Below are positions 9,603-21,600 of a stretch of 50,311 nucleotides of DNA, in pieces (positions within the stretch are counted from its first letter, which is position 1; every line of letters starts with the position of its first letter). Source of the DNA: Catajapyx aquilonaris (Eukaryota); the NCBI GenBank assembly GCA_000934665.2, contig KZ538735.1:1-50311 (forward strand). Reading direction: 5' to 3'. The position numbers and the translations under genes are program-made. The notes beneath the pieces were generated by a model. It was given only the letters and a program-made list of their open reading frames with translations. It ran no database searches and was not told the DNA's origin.

Positions 9603-12600
9603 AGTAAGTATCGGGGGGCGGCACAACACACGGGGAAGAGTAGACAGGGGAATGGAGGGGGAAAAAAAGAAGGGGGAGTGATGTGCTAGGCCTACTGTTT
9701 ATAATGTAGGGCTTGACACACATTTTTCAGGTTGTCGTTGGAGGTCACCTTTTAGGGCGTAGGAAGGCTCTGGCCTGGTCTCGTTCTTGGAGAAGGTCAA
9801 GATGTGCCAGACGCACAGGTCAAAGTCAGTGCGACGTTCTAAATAGAACGAGCCGGCCGAGTTGAAATGATGTCGCTGGTACATTCCGCAGAATAGGACA
9901 TGAAAACTGCTACAGTACCCACAGGCATAACTTCGCAAAAAGTCGGCGGTGACTGCTGCCCTTCCAGACACCGGATCTGATTGGTGCGGTCCATAAGAAA
10001 TCCTCTTGAAACTGCCAGTGAGGTCGCAATATTTAGGATATGCTGAGAACTTCGTGTGTGGGTAGTATATTGGGTTACATGACTTACGAGAACCTCTAGC
10101 AGATGTTGAGCTGGCAGGACTCTTATGGCTAGCAATTGCCCGCTGCCGATTGTAGAGTTGAACGAGGGTGTCACTGTGTAGGAGGCGAATTGTGACTCAT
10201 CCTGCGTTACTGAACAAAAGCGTCGTGGAATCATGTAACTGATAGGCATGAAAAATCATTTGTATGCTAATTGTGGTGCAAGTAGTTTTTTACTGTTGGT
10301 ATGATCTCCTTTAAAGGGTATAAATAGATTTTAAAAGAAGGATGTGTCCTACTTCTAAAATACAATGATGTCAAGTATTGTGTTTACATGTACAGAGGAA
10401 CTTTGAAAAAGTGAATGTGGGTATTGGAAATACGATTTTCAGTCAAGTAGCGAGGAAAATTCCTATGTCATAATTTAACTGCAGAATAACAGTTTGTTAA
10501 TCAGGTGTCATTATGACAGCTTTTAACTTTACCTTTAATTGTGTATTAAATTTAAAACCATGCTCCTTGTACATATTGATGTAGTTATCAGTAATTATTG
10601 CAGTTTTACATTATTGGTTGTCTTTATTACAGTGGAAGTACAAGTGGAATACGATTACGAAGCTCAGGAATCAGATGAACTTACCATCCGCAAGGGTGAT
10701 GTCATATTGGATGTGACTGAGCAAGACGGAGGCTGGTGGGAGGGGTCACTCAGGGGCAAGAGAGGCATGTTCCCAGACAACTTTGTCAAGGTAAAGACAC
10801 TTCTGTTGCATTAAAGTAGTTGTTGAAAGCCTCGTGCAATGTGGCCACACCCATTCAAGTGTGTCACACATGAGTAGCAGATTCCGCAAGGTATACTTGC
10901 GGTCGGTCGCCCTTAATTGCATGACATTCGCTACTGAAAATCAGGCATATCGTTTGTTACTCTGCCGGTGCTCATTTGTTAAGTGCAGGAAGCTTGACTC
11001 ACCAGTTCTCATTCGTTGCCCTAGGGTTAATGAAACAATGCAACCGAGCCAAGTGCTTGGTGAGTGAGGATTAATTGGCGATACACAACTGCTTTCACGC
11101 TACCTGAACATCGCATGAGAAGTAGTACATGGTTTTCCTTTCTACCGAATTACCACAAATGGGGCACATGTGAAGGAAGTATGCAGTATGAAGCATTGAA
11201 AGTGACAAATATGTAAACAGTGACCTGCATTATGCATGATGCATGTTCACACTTTCCGTATGCCTACCACATCTTATCACACTTTCCGCAACAAAAAATT
11301 GCTGATTAACACTATAGCATACAGTAAAGAGAATAAATTGAGCTGATAGCAACACTTTCCATTGTGCCAACTGGTCAACATCACCATTTACACCCGTTTT
11401 ATGTGCAGAATTATTATTGTTCTGAATAATCGTACAGTATGACAACAGGAATTTCCCCCCTCTCTCGCAGATTGCTTCCGACAAAAACATTTGGGCGTTA
11501 TAGTGTCTTTGTGGGACGTGAAGGAATTTCAGCGGGAATTCCATGAGCTGTCGGCCTCCTATAGATTTTCGGCGCCCCAACTAAAACATTGTCATTGGCC
11601 CATAAAAATCCGATTTGGAAAGGAAGGTCACAAGGTTCAATCATGTTACGGTGACTGAACCTACGTTATATGGTGAGTCACGCAGTTTCCTTATTTCGGA
11701 TACGCCTTTTCAACCAGGTTTGCGCGCTAATTATACAATTGATCCGTTCATATAGAGTCGAACCTTGCGCAAGTTGCAGGTTACTTATCAGGATTAGGAA
11801 GGATTTCCCGGGAGATGTGATGGCAGCGTATTACTCCCGAGGGTGCCACAATCTCTCGTTTAGGGTGATAAGAAAAAAAAAAACTTGCTTCCAAAGTGAA
11901 ATAATGTGCGAGATACTTTCAGGAGGCGATTACATATGTTTATTTTCGAGCTACCCATTGTCCGTGGCTTGAGGAATGTTAAACAGCCTCTTTTATCAGG
12001 ACGGAGAGTCTTTGACAATGTTGCAAGTCCGGCTGACCCTTGATCTCATGGCTCGTGATTCACTTGGCCCGCCAGGCATTAAAAAGAGTTTTTGTCATCG
12101 CCAACATCGGAGACGTGATGCCACGTACCGCCCACCATAACCGCCGCAATTGCTTTATGCAAGGTGAATCGCAATTTCTTTCTTTTTTTGCAAGGCATGA
12201 AAACGTTATGTCCGCGGTTTTTTCTGGTAGAGAAACATGGTGATCCAAAATATTTGTCCGATTTGTGATGCGATTTGTTAATATTTTTGGATCACCCTGT
12301 ATGTTTCTTGTTTGGGGTTTGAAGGATTAACGGCCTGAGAGGTACAGGGTGCAAACTTCATGACAACAATACATGGAGATCCAAAATCGCATCACAAATC
12401 GGACAAATATTTTTTTTTTGGATCTGATCCAAAATATTTGTCCGATTTATGATGCGATTTTGGATCACCATTGTTGCCAGGAAGTTTGAGTATATTTTGC
12501 ACCCTGTACAGCTCAGGCCGTTAATCCTTAAAATTATGCTCTAGTTAGTACAGAAGACCGCCAATTTTTTTTGGGGGGGGTGTCCGTGTGAACAAGAACC

Positions 12601-15600
12601 AGTTCAGGTCTCGCAAGAATAATTTTTAGGGAGGGAAGGAGGGTCATGTGACGTCACTTTTTCCGGCCCTCTTCTTCTTCTTTTTTTTTTGTCCTTTCTG
12701 GTTGCTACTTGACTTGATTACAAGGGGGAAGGGAAGGCACAAGGCAGGAGGAGGAGGGTTTCATCAGTTGGAGATTGGACCTAGGTGGAAGTGGAGGTGA
12801 TATAGCCAGATATGGTGCGTGAGTCTATACTGCTTGTCTATATGGGCTGTCAAAATATGTGTCGTAAAAGTCCAGAACTAGTTTTAGACCCTGCGGTCTA
12901 GTGCAATCCACTTTCGCTTCATTGCCTCAAGGTTGGCGATTTTTTTAACAAAAAAAATCGTGTTTTAACTGACAGTTGGTAGTATAAACGGCCCTAATAA
13001 CGGTATTGTTTCGATCTTGCACGAATTGTTGAGAGAAAGTAGTATTTTTTTCACATTGCGGATCGATTTATGAACACGTATGGCTCAGGTGGGAATTCGA
13101 GATATGCTAGCGCAGTATCTTGTGATAAGTGCTTTGCGCAATAATTTCGAAAAACTATGTGTCATCTGTACTATCAGGGGGGGACAAAAAGAGAGCCCGC
13201 TAATAATTAGTCCGGAACTTTATGTCCTGTGATATTATATGAGCTAATTTTTATGAATATCTACTGGAGAAGTAAGCCAGTTAATAATGAGCTGCTGTCT
13301 TGCTTTTGATAGGATAGCTCATTAGTGTGGACCAGAGTTCCCTCATGTAAAATTACAATTTTGTGGCTGTAGTTGTCTCCAGGAATATACAATATTGCAA
13401 AAAATTTTAAACATTTAAACTATCCATCGAATATTTAATGGTAGCACTAGACAGGATGCGTGCAAATAATTTTTTTTTAAACCCTCTTTCATTCTTTCGC
13501 TATCTCTATATTTCCAAGTCCCGTGGGAATCAGCAGACACCCTCCAAACTTTCAATTATAATAATTGGCGTGGGTCAGTAACCTTCGAGGTCTCTTTTTG
13601 CAGGCACAAAGTTGGCAGGAAAAAGGGGGAAGAGGCCTAAGGTTATTTGGATGCAGAGGTTGTACCCCCAGACCACTCCTCCTTTACCTTTCTCCTATTT
13701 TTTTTCTCTCTTCTTCTTCTTACTCAGACTAGTTTCATCTTAGAATATAAACCAGTTGGCCTACTTGCTTTTATGGTCTTGCATGTTTGCACCACTCCGT
13801 TGAAGTTAGGGCTTATTTTTCGAGCTGATAGTTTTTTGCATTCTTTTAGGATCCTCGCAGAGATGTAGGGTGGAATTTGAATGTTTTTAAAAGAAATCGA
13901 GAGAGAACTATAGTTGCATTATGCAGGGATTGTACGTTGAAGTGAAGGGAGCGTGGAAAAAGTGTAATTTGACGCCGAAATTCAAGTGGGTGTTGCAAAT
14001 TACCCGCGCCTAAAAATTGGCCCTCATTTTATACGAGGAATGCGCCCAAAAATTACCCAGTGCATGCCACGTAACAAAAGAAGAAGAAGAAGAAAAAAGA
14101 ATTTAATCTGCGACTAAACCACTGTGTTTTAACGCAAATTGCATGTTGAGATTGCTCCAAAAGTTAAGTCGCATGTGGAACTTTTTTTTTAAAAAAAAAG
14201 AGGGTGCAAGTCATTGGCCGTTTGACATGTTGTTGTTTCTGCTGCTGGTGTTTGTTGTTGTTAGTTACTTGTACAATCATCAATGTTGCCTAACTTTCAG
14301 GATGAAACCAGAGCGGATTAAAGGGCGTTAGGGATATAGTCGCTAATAGTCGCAATTTCCCAGTGTCATTATGGTTTCGTGCGAAAAGGTCATTTAATAC
14401 CCTGGCAAATAGTGAAAGCGAATATTACGATTGGAAGCCAGCTAGAGCTCAAGTAAATAAACTTCCTTTATGACAACGACCATTAGTAGCCTACAATGGC
14501 AATTTGGCCCCGTAATGTCTTCTCCACTTGGGAAAATTGTAATACGTGCGAAACTCATTACCTGGACGTAACATTTGCGAATTTACTGTTCGAGTTGAAA
14601 ACGTGTTCAGCATTACTATTTTTTTAAAAAAGTGCTCTCCGGGTTCAGATGCCATTTAGACATGGCACGCCTCTTGACTTGTTGCCCCATGAAGAGTATT
14701 CAGAAGGTTTACGAACCTCTAGTAAATAAGAGAGGGGGGTAAACGCCCCATAAGAATACACGTAAGCAATATTACCGACACTTAGACCAGGATGCAATTA
14801 TTGCTCCGGTCTGTGTTTTTTATATATATAAATATAATCCTGTGAGAGTCGAGGGTGGAATATATATTTAAAAAATGTTTGCACGTGAAGGAAAAGGGGG
14901 GTGTAAGAGGCAGTGAGGCGTAAAATACAAGCTTGCCAGGGCTTCGTGGGAATAAGAAAAAAACTGGGGCCGTGCATTTGGCTTCCGGAACATGTTTAGG
15001 GGGAGAAAAAAATAACAAGTGCGGTTTATTAGGGTTTAATCAGGCTCTTGCCCAATGGCGTGCCGGTAATGGATGAAATGTTCACGTTTCAGTTTTTTTT
15101 ACAGGTTGGTATTGTTTTCGGTGAATAAACTTATGGAGTTAATTATTGCTCGCTAGATGGTCGATTCTTCTGTAGTTTGGGGCAGGCAATATTTTGTCGT
15201 GTGATAATATTTAATGAATTAGTGAAGACAGGGAGTGATGTCACCTTTGTTGTTTAAAGCAAGTGACCATAACAAAAGTGATATTATTTTGCGATTTTTT
15301 TTTTTCTGGGCGAAATCCTATACGTGCTGCCATAACGCCTGATGACTTACTAATGTTGAAGAAAATATTGGACCTGTTGTGAGTGACACATTGTTTTGTT
15401 TTTTTTTTAAAAAAAAAGAGGGGGTGTTTGCACGTTACATAAATCGTTTCGTGCACTGATTGCATTGACCAGGCGCGATTCTTTTGTGATGGGAACCCAT
15501 TACTGACATGCGTGCGGGGGAGATTACGAGAGGAATTGTTTTATGGGCGCACATGGTCAGACTGGAGTGTGTCAAGGCGTTAGAGAGCATAATCAACACT

Positions 15601-18600
15601 TGTCATTCCCACCAAATAAAAAAAAAAAACGCGATGGGAAAATAAAAAAAAAGGAGGAGGGATGCACAATTCAATGGACTTCCGTTTTTTTCGGCCATGT
15701 TGCATCCTCAATGGTCCATTGGGTTCTGGGCCAGTGCTTTATTCGCCACTGCAGCCATAAGTTGGTAGGGTAAAAAGGGGATCCCGCGAACTTGGTGAGA
15801 TATGTATGGGGTGCCCTTTTCCGAGACATTTGGACCCGATATTAGGGCGTTGGCGATGCTGGCCTCGTGAAGGGTAGGGATGAAGAGAGCTGTGTCGTTC
15901 CTGTGTTGTCGACGTCGGTACCAGTACGATTTGCAGAGGGCCAGGAAGGTGAGGGGGTAGAGCACCAGTGGTTTTTGGGGGGAAGTGGATGAATACGATG
16001 GCGGTGGTAGTAGATGTAACAGGCAGCAATAGTGCGTAGTGTGTTGCATAATAGGACCTTTTCTTTGCAGGTAATTAGGCATGACAGTAAAAGCTTCTCT
16101 GCAGCGGACAAAGTGAGCAAACCGGTCATTAGAAAAGGTGAGTGCGGCTCATTTTTAAGAATGAAGTTTCTTAATGAGTAGCAGATTCAATTGTTGGCTA
16201 AATTTTTATTGAATCTTAATGCACAGTGGACTTGGTGTGAAAGGAACAATAAGGGATTGTGGTGTGGATATTTAAATTACTTGGTTCGAGTGATTGCATA
16301 ACCGTTGTGAAGTGTGTGTAGGAGTTGAATGGAATTCTTATCCCATTTGGGTGTGTTCAGATTTCTGTGGAACTATCCCAGAGAAAGTAGGGGGAACTTG
16401 TCATATTCTATTTATGACACAGGACTTGAGCAACATTAACAGGTTATAAAATTGCAATAGGAAAGGATTTAGATAGAAAATGTATTTAGAAAGCACCCTG
16501 AAATGAATTCCAAGTTTTTGCTGTTTGACATTGATCAGTAGCTGTTTGGGAACAGAAGGACAGGGAATAACGGAAGACAAGGTGTCTTGTATGGTAAAGT
16601 GTTGCTTGTGGTGTAAGACATTGAAATTTAACCCCTTGGTGTGCCGAATAAGTAAGATCAGTTTCAGATGACATTAGAAAAAAAAATCTTTTGAGAGGAT
16701 GGCTCTTTTAGTGAATGGTACAAAACACTTCAAACGACAGGATATGTGGCATTACAGGTGAAAAGGGCCAAGGACAGACAAGTGCTGCAAAACTACATAC
16801 CGAGGGGCATCCATTGCATAATGTGGGGAAGACGTGTCCAACATTTACAATTAACAAAAAATACCACTCACATTCAGTAGGAAACAGGTGCTGCTGGCTT
16901 CGTGTATGTGTATCTTTTTTTGATATTTTAATAACTTGTTGAAATTTCACATTTAATTCTGGGACACCCCCTATACACTGTATATGAGTATTATTGTCTT
17001 GCAACGTTATGCAAGTGTGGTGTTCCTATCATAGCCATCCACAGAATATGTAGGATAGGTTTTAAATGCTTCGTATTTCCATTATTTCCCACAATGACCA
17101 ATTTTAAGTACTACATCACAATGAGCACTGCAGCAACTGCCATTTTTATATTAGTTGGTAACAATGAAACATTAACTATCCAATGAGGGATTTTGAATAA
17201 TTCATGCATACTTGACTTCTGCTGGGAAGGCCTTCTTTCCCCTCTGATGATAATTTTTTTTTCTTAATTTGTTATCATTTCTCATTTGCACGCAAGTCAA
17301 ATTAATGCTAATAATATTCAACATTCCCTTACAGGAGCTAAGAGTCGGAGATGTAAAGTACTGTACAGTTACACCCCTGCTCATGAGGATGAACTGGAGC
17401 TGAAAGTGGATGAAGTAATAGATTTCATGGAGGAAATTGAGGAGGGCTGGTGGAAAGGGCAGCTGCGAGGAAAGGTGGGTGATTTTTTTGATACATTTTC
17501 AGTGTGTGCCGAACCGAAATTCGCAAATGGCTTACTGTACACGAGATTCATCAATTTACAAATCCGTTGAATTCTTAAGTCCCTACTCTCATAAGAGAAG
17601 CAGAATTTGTTTGTGTGGAGTGGGAAAGTTGTGGGTAATGTTTCTCACTGCTGTGTATTAATTATTTTGTGTTTTTGCTAAACTTATTATTTGCAAGGAC
17701 CAAGTATGTCGCAAAGCATTGTAGTTCTCAAGGTTTGCCCTTAATTTTGGTGTCAGTGTTGTTCCGTATTGGATAATGGTAGGCCGTTTTTTTAGAGCTT
17801 GGGTGGTGCTAATTCTGTGGTCTCCATTTAGATTGGCGTCTTTCCCTCCAATTTTGTGGAAAACTTGGAGGACACAGGAGGTGGACCAGCCGAGGACGAA
17901 AAGAAGGACCCAGGCAAAGAGGACCGAAAGGTTGCCAAGCTGAGCATGTCAAGGCTGCCAGATAGCAGATCATTGCCCAGATTGGTTGGCGGAGGTGACC
18001 CTCCGGACGACAAGCCTAACTTAACAGCAGCTCCAGCAAAGTTTTCGAAGAAAGTGCCTGCAGTACTCGACGAGGTGGACATTGGAGCACCTAAATTGCC
18101 ACCAAAGCCTGGTGAGAGGAGGCTTGTTGGCTGTGTTTGTCAATTACAGTTGTTAAATAATAATAGACCTGCAACTTATTCCATCTGCAGTGTAATAACG
18201 TATCAAACCAGCTAGTGGACCTTCTTAAGTATTACCAGAGTGCCTATACTATTCATACTAATAAAAGGCAGCAGTTCAGCTAAAAGCAGAATAACATTAA
18301 TAAATATACGTCTTAACAATTAAGGGTTTTCTGACCATTTTTAAATTACTCGAGTACATGTGCATAAAGGGCCACTGTCGCGAAAATTGAAACTGGAAAT
18401 TGTGTTTTTAAAACATCACATGACCTTCAAAACCCATGCAATGGAAGTCTGTTAAAAAATTGGCGCTCGTTAGTAATGCAGCTGAAATTTCCCCCTTTGA
18501 CTAGACATTTCAACATAGACTTGTGAGATTAAGGGCCGTTTTCTCGAACAGTGGTTCAAATGTAAACCAGGTTCAAAGCCAGTTTAATCCCTGACTTGAT

Positions 18601-21600
18601 TGTTGTTAGGCTGTTGTCAAGGGTTTCAATCGGATTTGAACCGGGAGCTGCAGTTGAACAAATAGGAAACTTTGAAGTGGTCAAGTGGTAATTCCATTCC
18701 ATGTTCCGCAATAATTGTTTTTGGTTGATCTAATGCTTATCTACACTGTTATTCTGCCAGTAGGAATTGTCCTTAAAAGCTCATTATAGCCAATGCTTGT
18801 GCAGATGGAATAAGGTTTTCCACTACAATGCGAGAGAACTTTCATTAACCTGAAATATTTTAGCTGAGCGAATGCAAGACATCCGAAATTTTCCAGTGAA
18901 AGAGCAAGCTCGAGTCTTGTTTGCATATGAGGCACTGAATGACGACGAGCTGCAGCTGAAGGAAGGGGACATAATTACTGTCATCGCAAAGGACATTGAG
19001 GACAAAGGCTGGTGGAAAGGAGAACTCAATGGGAAGGTTGGAGTGTTTCCTGACAACTTTGTGGCTCTCATACCCATCGAAGAGGTAAAAATATTTGTTG
19101 CAAAGATATTTAATTGATTCATAGAGAGACATTTTTATTTATTTTTATTTATTTATTTTTATTTATTTATTTTTATTTATTGATATATATCCTATTCTCT
19201 CAAGCCGTTGGCTTGTTTGGAGGGACACACACTCCAGTATATTCATGCTACAATGCGTAAATTCCGGTACATGCAAGAGAAAGAAAAACAAAACTGAAAC
19301 AGGATGTAAGACACACACAAAAAAAGAAGACTGGAGAAAAGAAAGACTGAAACACCTGCGCCAACTGATTTGTAAAAACAGAAGAATATTTGATGTACAC
19401 CCGGCCGAAAATAATTTTCTGGGAGGGATCTGTCTTATTTTTAAAGATGGGGGTCAGCCTCGCCTGACTCCAATTTTTCGTAATTCTTTGTGAATTTAGA
19501 CTATTTTTAAAGATGACGAACAGAGTTTTTGATATACTTGAAGCTCACTCTTTCATTAACTTATTTGATATTAAGTCTGGACCTGGTGCTGTTTTCGGTC
19601 TAAGCTTTTTGATAGCTAAATTAAGTTCCACAAGTGTTAACTGTTTATCCAATACTGGGTCCAATGGCGTTAATTCAATTCCTGGGTTTGCTGTTACCAG
19701 TTCACCACCAGCAACTTGTATCCCAAGATCGGTTCTCCGAATTGGTCAGTTTTCAATGGTTGCACGTTGTTTTTCCACTATCCGCTTTAGATGGGTGATT
19801 TCTGACTGGTTTTGTTGAATTTCGCGACCTTGGAGCTCAATTATCGTCTTCAGTTGGTCTGTTTTTTCACAGATCAGTGAACTCATTCGTTGCATGTTGG
19901 AAAATTGTTCAAATAAGCTCTTTGGTCGTGTCGCCGAGATTTAGGTGAAGCAGTTGCGGCGTCACTTAATTTGGAATCGGAATTACTTGTGAACCAGGTA
20001 AAGGAGGGCTCGGGTTGAGTGCCACTCCCCCCCGCACCAGTAGTAACTGCACCATATCATTTGCAGAATTGTATCATGTGCGGGATAGAGTAATTTAAAC
20101 ACTGGGGTGGAATGACAGGCAGTGGTGTTTTCCAGTCGTTGATACGGTGGTTAGAAGTAGGCAGGTGACCATAGAAGACCTCTGGTCTGTATGGGTTGGG
20201 CGCACCTGGAGTGTAGTCTGCCAGAAGCAGTATTGCCATCAGGGTCAGCGTTGAGCGAAGGTGACAGAATTTGGTTCCTTTGGTCGCCCAGGTGCATGGT
20301 CCACGTTTCTTGTTCCCTGCTCTTGGTTTCCGGTCCTCTGTCCGCCTACGCCAGGTGATCAAATCGACCCCCATGATCGAGTCAGATGGGGTGGTAGATA
20401 ACTCTCAGTCTCTGGTTAACAACAAAGTGTGTGTTACCGTTTTAAGTGGTATTAGCACATGCTGTAAGTTGAACTTGTACTCTATCCTGCAGGTGAAGCC
20501 CAAGAAGCCAGAGATGCTTCCAGACAAGACCACCCCATCATTCACACGCCCCCAGAGCACCAAGGCTGACTTCAGCAAGAAGTCTCCCTCTCCCGATTTG
20601 CCCCCACCTGCCACAAAAAAGGAAGTTGCAGCCAAGAAGTCCACACCTATCCCCATCCCTGCCAACAAGAAGATCGGCCCTGTCACTGCAGCAGTGAGGG
20701 ACTTCCACCGGCGGGACCCCACCACCGCCTTGAGATTTACAAACTCAGCCTACTTAGAGCACAATGGCGCACACTCGTCTGATGCATCAGGAGAGAGCAT
20801 GGGTGAGTTACAGGAAGGATAGATTTAGACATAACCACATGTTGCTGATAAGCTGATAAAAACACTGCTGCTCTTCCTTACCAAATGCAGCCCTGGACTT
20901 CGACAGTATCGAGAGGAATGAGATGCTGACACATCCAACTGCATCAAGGGCTAAGGCACCAAAAAGACGACCGCCATCTAGTGTATACCCTAGGGATATG
21001 GTATGTACCTCAGCTCTCTCTCTCATTTTCTATCTGTCCCTCCCTGTCTCCCACATCACTGAGGGAAGTGCTAGCAGATCTGCTGATCATGGCAGATTGT
21101 ACGGTGTTATGACTTAAATAAATGGAACTTGGACTATCTAGAGTTACAATCAACTTGATGCACTAGATTTAAACTGTATTGAAGCATAACAATGAGCATG
21201 TTTATTTCTGGCGTATCAGCTGGAATAATCAGTCGGATGTGCGTGTCGTTTGTGTATTGGTTATTAAAGAGGACAATATGCCAGAACTTAAATTCTGAAA
21301 TCAGTTAATTTTTGTCTTATAAGTGAAAATCTGTTATTACAATCCACAGGAACCTGGTGGAGTGATGAATGGCAATGCAGAATTGGAGAATGGGGATGTT
21401 CACCACCTGAAGTTGGATGAGGATAGGCACGATGGTGAGTCAGAGAAGGAGAAGAGGCTTCCGCCTGCCCCATGGATGGAAGAGCTCAAGATGAACCAAG
21501 CCAGGCGGACCAAGGAACTCTCTCCTGGAAAGGAAGAACGCTTTTCAGAGGTCTTTGCTAAATCTGACTCAGTCGAGGCAGACAGGAGGTCTGCTCCTCC

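Noticed and set aside
9699..10249. Minus-strand ORFs in cindr intron 1
   Set aside because: No recognisable homology or splice support.
12242..12470. Three ~35-bp repeats that could suggest a CRISPR-like array
   Set aside because: Copies are in mixed orientation and form a palindrome, with no regular spacers and no cas genes; the context is a eukaryotic intron.
18530..18660. Weak inverted repeat (GGTTCAAA...TTTGAACC)
   Set aside because: Too degenerate to define ends or a TSD; possibly an old MITE.
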